A DNA stretch of 55,665 bases, filler included, from Candidatus Hydrogenedentota bacterium (GTDB lineage: Bacteria > JBFMHD01): NCBI GenBank assembly GCA_040752395.1. It is 3 parts of 3 records of this genome, joined end to end, with 100 filler letters (N's around TTAATTAATTAA, not from the genome) between each part and the next. Parts side by side here need not be neighbours in the genome. Positions count along the whole stretch, not along the records: positions 12,530 to 43,139 come from JBFMHD010000007.1; 2 more parts are not named here. One strand, 5' to 3'. The position numbers and the translations under genes are program-made. The stretch's first letter is position 1. The number at the start of each line of letters is the position of its first letter. Shown piece after piece: positions 27,089 through 39,000 of the stretch. The notes beneath the pieces were generated by a model, which saw nothing but the letters and a program-made list of their open reading frames with translations, did no database searches and was not told the origin of the DNA.

Positions 27089-30000
27089 TTGAACTCTTTG
27101 TACGCGAGGCTTTTTGTGAGATTATTTAAAATTTTTCTTCCAATGCCTCTATACCTCTTTTGCGCCTTTGTGCCTTTGTATCTCTGTACCCACTTATACG
27201 CTAATAATAGCGTACATACCACATACCTCTGGCATATGGACCAGCCAATTTACTGGCCCGATAGACATTCCTCAGGTAATAGATACGAATATGCATGGGA
27301 CTCGATCCAGGCTAAAGATGGCGGTAGAACTAACCCATTAAATGACGTAAGAGCAATCTTTAGTTTAGATGACCGCGTAGCCGCATACCAATGGCGACCA
27401 AAGGATTCCATAGGCACTGTGCTCTGGCACCCTGATGCCGGAGCACAAATCAATTATTCTGCCTGCCTTATTGAGAACGTCCGCTCTCTCGGTGATGCCT
27501 ATCAACTCGGTTATTCTCCAACATGGTATTCCGGATACCGTGAAGGAAGGAACTGGTCAACCTCAGGTGGGAAACCAAGATTAGATATCGTTCTATTTAC
27601 ATTCCATCATATTTTACCAGGACTTTCTGACCCTATTGTTGTACAACGAGAGATCGAAATATATAAACAAATATATCCTGATGCCTGGGGTACTACACCT
27701 GGTTTATCTAAAGGATATTTCCCTTCTGAGATAGCGTTCTCTGAACGGCTTATCCCTGTTCTTGTTCAGCAAGGCATAGAATGGGTTGTTGTATCTAATT
27801 CACACATATCACGTTGTATCGAAAACTTCCCGCTTGTACTTGGTACTGGCGGCGAAAATACCGAACCACCAAACAGAGCTGATATCATTAACCCAGCACA
27901 AAATAACTGGTTTCGGATGCAGATTGACCGAGGCTGTTCACCCTGCAACGCTTACCCATATTCAATGAGACCACACTATGCAAAATACGTAGACCCAAAT
28001 ACAGGAACTGAATACAAAATCATTGTTGTTCCTACTGAGCAGGCTATGAGCTGGAAAGATGGTTATCAGACTTATGGTACTCAAGATATTGATGGTATAG
28101 CCTGGGCTAATGAGCCTGCAACACCGATGTTAATTGTGTTCTCGCATGATGGCGACAATGCGTATGGCGGCGGCTATTCATATTATATGGAAAGCGTCCC
28201 AAGTTTTGTTTCTCAAGCAAATTCTAAAGGATATTCGCCAACAACTATTCAGCAGTATCTCACAGACCATCCTGTTGACCCAGCTGATATAGTTCATGTA
28301 GAAGATGGTCCCTGGGTAAATGCTGACGGTGATATGGGCTCGCCTACTTACTGCAACTGGAACTGGCCATTAATGAGTCAAACAGGAACAGTTGATATCG
28401 CTAATGGTTGGGCCGAGGATGAACGTAACTGGGCTGTGTTTACCGCTGCTCTTAACCGCATTGTCACGGCTGAACAGGTCTTTGGAGCCCCACCTGACCC
28501 GCGTAAAATTATCTATCCCTGGGAAGGTGCTAATAATTTAGAACTTGCCTGGCATTTCTATTTAGGCGGCACAAACTCAGGGTTTATGTATTATGGTAAA
28601 GCGCTTGATATGGAGGTTAAACCTACTATATCATCGAACGAGGCTGTGTATCATGCTGATTTGATTCTCGGCTCAAATCCAAATGATTTAACACCACCAA
28701 CAATCTGGCTACCTCAGCGTTACCCGTATAATCCAGGCTCACTTAATTTCGGTGCTATCTATAACTATAAACAATACTATGCCCCACGTGATTTCTGGGT
28801 CTGGACTTTTATTTATGATCTCTCAGGCATACAATCTGTAACTCTGAAATATCGGATCGATAACGATGGTGTAAACCCATTATCGTCAAACCAGAACGAG
28901 GTCTATCAAGACGGTACAGAGGTTGGTACCTGGCGCTCACTACCTATGACTCAACGAGTATTCCCAAAAGATAATGTCTATAATGACCCTGAAATAGATT
29001 TCTTTGAATTACCAATCTATATCGCTGATGAATATTATGTTCATGTAGATAGAGCTGAATTAAACAGCGTTTTAATTGATTACTATGTTGAGGCTATTGA
29101 TAGCCGAGGGAACATCACAAGGTCACCAATCCAACATTGTTATATCGGTGACGGTTCTGGTTCTGGCGGTACACCACAAACTCTATGGACACCAACCTAC
29201 CCTACTGAAAACGACTTAATCACAATAACAAAAAATATAGCTACTACTGATACTGTTTATCTTCACTGGGGTGTTAACAGCTGGACTCTGCCTGCAGATT
29301 ACTACTGGCCTTCAGGCTCATTTCAATACGATGCTCAAAGTATTGAATCCCCGATGACTAAAACCGGCTCTGAAACTTACCAGATAACAATAGGTCCTTT
29401 TAATCAGGCTCAAGAAGTTAATCAAGTAAATTTTGTATTCCATTGGGGTTCAACCTGGGATAATAACAACGGCCAGAACTATAATATAACAGTTACTCAA
29501 GTCCCGATTGATACCCAGCCGCCAGATACACCAACAGGTTTAACTATAACAGAAAAAGATCAGACAATAGATTTAAGCTGGAACGCAAACACAGAGCCTG
29601 ATTTAGCTGGGTATTATATATATAGAAAAGCACCAGCAGATACAACATTAGTAAAACTAAATTCGACACCCTGGACTCAAACAACCTACTCAGATACGGG
29701 TCTCACAAATAATTCAGTCTATTATTATCGTATAAGTGCAGTTGATAATTATGATACACCAAATGAATCAGGTTTATGCGACACGGAATCCGGTATCCCG
29801 CGGTCTGTTGATACAGCTCCACCTCTTCCACCAACTGGTCTCTCAACCGCTAAACAGACTCTGGCTATAAAATTGTCCTGGAGTAGAAATCTTGAAACTG
29901 ATTTATCAGGTTATAAGGTCTATAGCTCAACTATTTCAGGTGGACCTTATACCCAGATCGCTGATACGTCTAATACTTACATAACACATACTGATCTTAA

Positions 30001-33000
30001 CCCTGCTGTTAGATATTACTATGTAGTTAAAGCCTATGATAGTTCAAATAATCTTTCAGATACCTCTTCTGAAGTTAGTGACACACCGTTGCCGGACCCG
30101 GCGCCATCAGCACCTACAGGTCTTACACCAACCCCATCATCAGAAAAAGTTACTTTAACATGGAACCCTAACTCTGAGCCTGATGTAGCCGGTTACAGAG
30201 TCTACTATTCAACACTTAGTTTCCCTTTAATTTTACAATATGATACCACACAAACAACAGTTGTTATTTACAATTTAGTAAATGATTCCACGTATCAGTT
30301 TGTTGTTTCTTGTTATGATACCTATGGTTCTGAAAGCACTAAATCAGGAACAGTTACAGCTACACCTAAAGATTATATAACTGTTCACTTCAGTCTGGAT
30401 TTAACAAGTATAACTACTGAAAACACGGTTACAATAGCTGGTAATAGATTGACGCCTGCGTGGTCACCTACTTCTAACCAGCTATCAGTTGTTGAGACAG
30501 GCTCATATTATAAGATAGATTTCCAGTTTTTATCAGGTGATACTTTAGAGTATAAGTATGTGATTAATGGTAATCAGTGGGAGAATGATTTTTCAGGAGG
30601 GTGGTCTATTAACAGAGATATAACTATTGTTGAGCATGAGCCTGGTATAATGTGGGTACATAACAAATGGAACATAGACGGTGATTTGTCTCCTGGCTCG
30701 CCAACAGGTCTGACCCCAACCGATCTCCCAAATTCTATCAAGCTCGAATGGTTAGAAAACAGCGAGTTTGACCGCCGGGGATATATTGTTTTAGTTGATA
30801 CTGATGGTAGTTTTGATTCGCTATCTATAGTCTCAGATAATTACATTACAATTTCAAATATGAATCCAGGCGATACAGCTTTATTTAAAGTTGTATGTGT
30901 TGACAGCGCGTTTAATGTGAGTGGCTATAGCTCGACTATTACAGGCACTGCAGGTGGTAATGCGCCACCATCAAGCCCAACTGGTTTGAACGTTCTCGGT
31001 GTCACGGATACCGCTGTTATTCTTGACTGGGCTGATAATACTGAAGCTGACTTATCTGGCTATTTTATCTATAAATCAACTACAAGCGGTTCAAATTATA
31101 CGAGGGTCAATACAGATACGCATAACCAATCATATTATACAGTCTCTAATCTTACAACGAATGAAACCTATTATTTTGTAGTCTTAGCAGTTGATTCTAC
31201 CGGATTATGGAGCGATACTTCTTCTGAGGTTCAAGGAACACCAAGACCACCAGATACCACACCTCCTTCTGCACCTGCAAACCTGAGAGGCACAGTCGGT
31301 GATAAATACGTTATACTTTACTGGACTAAATCGCCTGAGCAGGATGTTACAGGATACAACGTCTATAGAAAGAGACTTACAGAACAGAATTTTGTCCGCA
31401 TAAATACTTCTGTTGTTACAGATACAACTTACACCTCTTCCGGACTTACTAATAATGAGACATATCAGTTCTATGTTACAGCTCTTGATAATGCATATCC
31501 TAATAATGAATCAGATTCTTCAAACACAGTTTCATTAATGCCTTATGCACCCCCAACCTTTAGAACAATCACAATTGATGGTGATTTCCTTGATTGGATT
31601 CATAATGATGTTATTGAGCTTGATGGCTATAACGATGATTATAAATTATATGATAATTATGACCAGAGTAGAGATATAATAGCGATCTATGCAGCAGAGG
31701 GTCAGGACAATTATTATTTCAGGATCGATTTTTATGAACTCGGTATCTTTGCTGAAAGCACCTATATGGATGCTGTGTTTCTTCTTGATTTCGCAAGCGG
31801 TGGTCAATCCTCACTGCCTAATGTCACTGTTACAACTGATAAACCCTGGGAGATAGCCATTGTCTTTGATGACGTGAATACCTATAAAGTTTACACACCT
31901 GACTGGGTTGACCATCCAACTGATTTTCTTGGAGCACAAATAAGAAGCAATATCGATTGTTTAGAACTCGGCATAAAGAAATCCTTGATGAAAACCTATG
32001 GGTTTACAGATTTCCAGACTATAAATATTCAATGCTATACTTATAAAGATGCTGCTACCCAGATAACAGATGCTGTGGCTGATGACAATCCCTGGGCTGA
32101 TGGTATTTTAAACAGTGCGACTTTATCAACTGCACAAACAGGTACTGCAAAATATTCTGCTATCTTACACGCTAATCAATCCCTGAATCAAGGCAGTGAC
32201 ATCGCAGACTGGATTTATGACGATGTGAACTTAACGCCGAATGGTAACCCCACAGGTTATCGCCGTGCGTTACAAACAGCTTCGTTATATAAACAATCAG
32301 CTAATTTTCATATCAGCGGCTCACTTGCTGTTACTCTCGCCCATGCTAATAATTCAAATTCTTTAAAAGATGGCCCGACTTTTATAAATGATGTTAAAGA
32401 GTTTGTTGATACGGACCAGAGTTATAAACCTGGCCGATTAATCACTGGCGGCGTTTTTGCTGAACATATTATCCCGTTCTTTGAGAATAACTCAGGTCTC
32501 GGTATCTATGTTAATGCAAAAGCTACTTATTATAAAGATAGAATATTAAAATCAATATTTGACATAGGCTACCAGCCGCGGGTTTACTGGACCCCTGAAC
32601 GTGTTATCCGCGGTACAAGTTTTGATGACATTATTACTGATTCCGATGGTAGCCCTACTAATTATATCGCAACTGTTATTGACCAGGTGACACATCTCAG
32701 AGACTGGTATGGTATAACAGACCCGTATAAAGTTTATAAAATAAATGGTGTTATCTGTTTTGCGATCGATGATTATTCTGACCAGAAGAAGTTCTGGAAT
32801 ATGGATGATGGTTTGCATATCGGTGTAAGAGAGCTATTACTCAACAAAGCTATGGCTGCTGACCAGGAGCAGCTCGTGCTTGTGTTTGACGACTGGGAAG
32901 CGTATGCCGGTAAATCGTTTGCATCGCAAGAGACTAATGATAACCCGGATAACTGGGACAAGACAGTTCGCTGGCTCGCTACACACCCATGGATCCAACT

Positions 33001-36000
33001 CATTACGCTTGAAGATATACTTGACTGGGGTTGGAGCTACATCGATTTAGGCACCAATCTCGGTTTAGGGTTTGATACTTACGAATATCTTAAACATGCA
33101 ACCGAGAACTCTTATGAAAACTGGTATTATGGTGGATTCTATGAAGATGATTTTGCTGATGCAGTACCAGTTCTTCGTGGTACAAGATACTCAGGTCCTA
33201 CAACAATCCCATCTGCAAAAAAATACGGCGACGTTTATACAAGCAATACTATCTTCTATGAGACCTGGAATAATATTAAAAATGCAGCCCCGAATAAATT
33301 AAAAACTTTAGCTGAGCTCGGATTCATCGCTACTATATTTGAGACCGCATGGCACGATGAAGATAACGTGGATTATTCCAGAAACCCTGACGGCTCCTGG
33401 GTTTACCCTGATGTTACATGGGATCAAATCAGTCAATGGGCTTTAAAGCTTCATGGCAAAGTAAGAATGAATAACATTATCGCAGAGGCTGCAAACTGGG
33501 CTAATAATGTCAAAACAGGTGTCATCGATGCTACTGCTTGCGCATCTGCAACCGACGTTGATCTTGATGGCGAAAATGAATACATACTTTATAACAATCG
33601 CGTATATGCTGTATTTGAAAACGATGGTGGAAGATTAGAATTTGCGTTTGCTTATAATTCGAATGATGGCGGTTATGGTATGGTTGGTGTTGGTGGCTCG
33701 AACTCTGACTACGAAGGCGAAGAAGAAGGCTCAAGTAATTACAGAAGATGTTCTGCGTTCAAAGATATGAATAACGGCATCTATGTCGATGATGTTTACT
33801 CTGTTTCTGTCAGCACAAAATCACTCACTTTTACGTCTTCTGATGGAAAGATCATCAAAACTTTTTCGCTCGCTGACGGTGATAAAACTATCAATGCTTC
33901 TTATACTGAAACTCTTACTGGCCCTCTGTACATCAGGTTCGGACTATCTCCAAATCAAGTTGATATGTATTACAATGGCACAGATAATATCGCTAAATCA
34001 GGTGGTGCTACTTCTGGCTATGTTGCTGTGACTAATTCTGCTGGCGGCACGGCACGCATAAATTTTGGTAGCACAAGTCTAAACACGGGTTTTAGTGATG
34101 GCTCTCCTGATAACTCAAACCCCTGTATGACTTATCAATACGAGATTTATGGTGATGGCTCTTTTACTTTGAGCTTGACTCTTGATGGTGGCGAAGATGC
34201 TGCTACACCACCACCTGAACCACCAACTAATCTTTCTGCTACACCTGACTCAGGCTCTATTCTACTAACCTGGACAACCTCTGTCGGACCAAATCTCTCA
34301 GGCTACTTCATATATAAAAGCACAGATGGCTCAACATATTACAAAAGATATTCTGACACTATCCCCGGGTCATTAACCCAATGGGCTGATACAGGACTTA
34401 CTAATGGTAACACATACTGGTATTATCTCACAGCTGTAAATACTTCAGGGACCGAAGGATTAGCATCGAGTATTGTCTCAGGTACACCGACTGCTAATGG
34501 ACCCCCTACCCCAACATCGGGCCTCTCTGCAACACCCGGAAACCAAACCGTGCTCCTTAAATGGAATAAAAATACTGAATCAGATTTAGCAGGTTATAAT
34601 GTCTATCGTGGTCTTGTTTCTGGTGGACCTTATACAAAGATTAATGGCTCTCTTAATTCTGATACTGATTATCTTGATACCACTGTGAGTAATGGCGTGA
34701 CTTATTATTATGTAGTAACTGCTGTTGATACAGCAGATAATCAATCTGCATACTCGTCCGAGACAAGTGCAACACCAAATGTTTTAGCTTCACAAGATAA
34801 CGATGTCTGGTGGAGCCATCTCAAGCATGACCCTGAAGATTCTGTGCCGATAAATAATAAAAACTATCGCTCGCCATACCAGCCCTGGCAATATGAAACA
34901 CCGAGTATCTATGTTCGTTCTGCTTCTGGTGATTTAACAGGTGTCTCATTACGTGTCTGGGACGTATTTCAGTCTAAAGTCATCTCTCCCTGGCCTACTG
35001 GCACTTTTATCGGCTCATCTGGTGAATATGATTACTATGAATGTCAGATACCTGCGTTAAGCGGTCAAAAATGGTACAGAATAGCTGTGATTGATGGCAC
35101 TGATACTGACTGGATTAAGTCTGACGGCGCAGGTAACTATGTCGTTTCAGATGGTGGTGAAGATAATGACCCGGCAGGCGCTATTGATTTTACTTATACA
35201 CCAACACCAACAGCTTCACAAGATAACGATGTCTGGTGGGATTTCCTCGGCCATAACCCTGATACAATCGTTGAATCAGAAACATATTATTACCGTGAAC
35301 CAATAAACCCAACACAAAATGATACTATTACAATTTATATAAGAGCTGCTTCTTCTGATTTAACAGGGATCAGTTTGCGAGTCCTTGATTTTGGTGACTC
35401 CTCTGTTAACTGGTACTCTGCTCAGGTTTATGATACTATCGGCAATTATCAAGTTTGGGTTGTTAATATACCACCTGATAGCGATACGCGTGAATATCGT
35501 ATAGCTGTTGTTGATGGGACTGATACTGACTGGTTAGGACTTAGTGCTGGCTGGGTTACACAGGAATGCAAACAATACACCGCATGGGCTGTAAATGGGA
35601 CCGATGCTGATGCTGATTCAGGTGCAGAATGGTCGTTTAAACCATTATCGTCTGCATCACAGGATAATAAAATCGAGACCGATTACCTCTATTTTGACCC
35701 TGATAGCATCGCTTATTCCGGAACAACTTACCAATCACCGCTTAATCCCTCTTTATATGATACTATATTTTTTACAATAAGAACAAGACGAGATGATCTC
35801 AGTTATGTAGTTATAAAATTATTTATATCTGATACAACTACTGAAACAACACCGATTACTGCTTCTAAAATATTTAGTACAGATATCTATGATTTTTATC
35901 AGGCAATACTCAATCCACAAACTGATACTATCTACTACCGCATTATAGTTGTTGATGGCTCTGATACAAAGTATCTAAAAGATAATGCTACTGGTAGTTT

Positions 36001-39000
36001 TGCTATCTCTTCAACAGGTAATGATAACGATCCTGAAGGCGCACTCGATTTCATTATAAGACCATTGCTTGATACCACACCACCAGCTATACCACAAAAT
36101 TTAGGTGTAAGTAACCCGGGCTCGGGTTATTCACTTGATATCAACTGGACACCTGATACTGATGCTGATCTATCATACTATAAAATATATCGTTCCACAC
36201 TCCCAACAGCTACATACTCATTTATAAAATCCTGCACCACGAATTTTTATACTGATACACCTCTACTGCCAGGCATTACATACTACTATCGTGTCAGCGC
36301 AGTGGATCTTAAAGGTAATGAATCAGAACAATCTGACTCTGCCTCTAATACACCAAATGATACCTTGCCACCTGCTTGTGTCAGACTCGCTTCACCACAA
36401 AATGGCGCTTCTACAAATGATACAACACCGCTTCTTGTCTGGACAACCACCTATGACTACGGCTCATGTATAAAATATTATAGAATACAGCTTGATAATG
36501 ATACCTATTTCTTATCAATAATAATTAATGATACAACCACAGCCTCGGATACTGATTATCAAATAACTACTGGACTGGGTGAAGGTAGCTATTACTGGCG
36601 TGTCTTTGCTGTGGATTTGTTTGATAATACCTCTTCCATTATTGATACATTTAATTTTATAATCGATACAACCGCGCCCGGGCCCGTGACTTTAATTAAG
36701 CCCAAATATTACACAAATGATACACCAACTTTATTCACTTTATCAGGCGATGTTAATAGGTATCATATACTGATCAGCCTTAGATTTGATTTTTTAACAA
36801 CCGTATATGATACAATAATAACAGGCACAAGCGTATATCTTTCGCTTGCAGAAAATTTATACTACTTCAAATCTGCAGGGGTTGATTCTACTGATTTAGA
36901 AGGCAGTTTCAGCCAGCCTGAAACCTTTATACTCGATATAACAAAACCGCAAATAACCTCGATCTCAATCAATACCGATACTTATCTTTATAAATCAAGC
37001 GATACCATCTATTTTAATAACTCCTCGAACCTTTATTGCACCTTAACAATATCGTTTGTTGAAGACTATCCTGATTCTGCTGTTTCTTCCTCTTCTTATG
37101 GGAATACACCGGTTGATTCAATGCCTGACAATGGTTTTGATTTATTATACTATATCTCTCAGGCAGAAACAGCAAGCTCGACTGTATCAATTAAAGTCTA
37201 TGACAAATCAAGTAATTCTGATTCTAAAATTATTTTCTTTGTTCGCGATATAACGCCACCAGCTTTCTCTATATCCCCTGTCTCAGATACTGATAATAAT
37301 AATGACAATTATCAGCCATCATATCTATGGGAAGATGATACAATTATTATTATCAGTATTTCAGCATCAGATACTATCTCTGGCCTGGCTCAAAACTATA
37401 TAAGAGCAAGTTTAAAGCCCGGCGATACCACGGATTGGACATCCTCTAATCAACTGGTTCTTGCCTCATCGTATGCTGATACACAGATACTTATAACAGT
37501 TTATACAAAAGATGCTGTGTCAAATTCTTCAGCTAATACTATCACTATAAATATCGATAGAACGTTACCTGTTATAAGTTCCTGCACCTTTCTTGATCCT
37601 GGTTATGAAACCTCTTATTATAATCCAATCGATTCTCCAATAGTATATCTTTATGTTACTTATACAGATACATATCCTGATACTATAATCTTAGATATTA
37701 CTGGCATCACCGATCCTCAGGCTGATTCATTGCCGGTTAATGCAAGCACTTTTGCGATTAATGTCTCAGCATCACCAAGTGCTGATACTTATAATATCAC
37801 AATCTATGCGATCGACTATGCGGGCAACGTCGGTCTTTATACGCCTCCTGCTTTAAAACTTGATCGGACATCACCTGTTGTCGGTACCTTAAAAATCAAT
37901 AACGGCACGTTAAATGTAGCTGATACCACGTTTAAATTAACCGCTGTTAGCTGGTCTGATGCACATTCCTGCATAAAAGAATATTATGCATCTTGTACCA
38001 CACCTAACCCGTATTTACTTAACCCTGATTCTGATGGCATCTGGCCTGAATTTGTTATCCCCGATGTTAGTGGTACGCATACCATCTATGTTATGTGTAT
38101 AGATAATTTAAGAAACACAAGCTCTATTGTCTCTATAACTATCAATTATGATTCAAAAACACCGGTTATAGAACAAATTAACGTTACCTCAGATAAAGAT
38201 ACCTATTTATTTTCTAATAATCCGCTTTTAAGCGAGGAAGATACTGTCTGGTTCTCTAATCTACCCTCGTTTGGCGCTAATCAGACCATTACAATAAATG
38301 TCACTTTCCGTGCTAATAATCCTGATACTATGACTGCTGATACCGCATTTAATAAAGGACTACAAATAGATACCACCATAGCTGATTCTTATACCGCAAC
38401 CTATACCATAGACCAATCTGTTACATCAAACACCCGAGTCATTATTACTGTTTATGAAGCAACTGGTGAAAAGGATAGCGGGATTATAAATTTTGCTCGC
38501 GATATCGATACCCCAGGTATGATAAAAAATGATACCTACTACGGACCTTATAACTCTGCGCCTGCATCTATAATTGATCTGGATTTCTATGACACTGGTG
38601 TCGGCCTTGAATATTTTGGCTATGGCGTCGGCTCACCTGCTATTCTACAAAAGTATTATATCTCTGGTAACTCTTATACAACCAACTGGCAGATTAACTG
38701 GAATGATATCTCTGAAGGTACAAACGTTATTTATGTTACTCTATCTGATAGCGTTGGTAATATTTCATCAGGCTATGATACTTTTATTATCATTAAAGAC
38801 ACTACAAAACCTGATTCACCTCTTATTACAAAACCAGCTGATAACTCATGTGATTCTTCTGTAAATATACTCTTTACATGGACATCTGTTAGTGAAGCAA
38901 ATACCTATACTCTAATTGTTGATAATAACTCTACTTTACTATCACCTGAATATACAAAAATTACAACAGACACTAATAAAACCTTAAGTTTATCCGAGGG

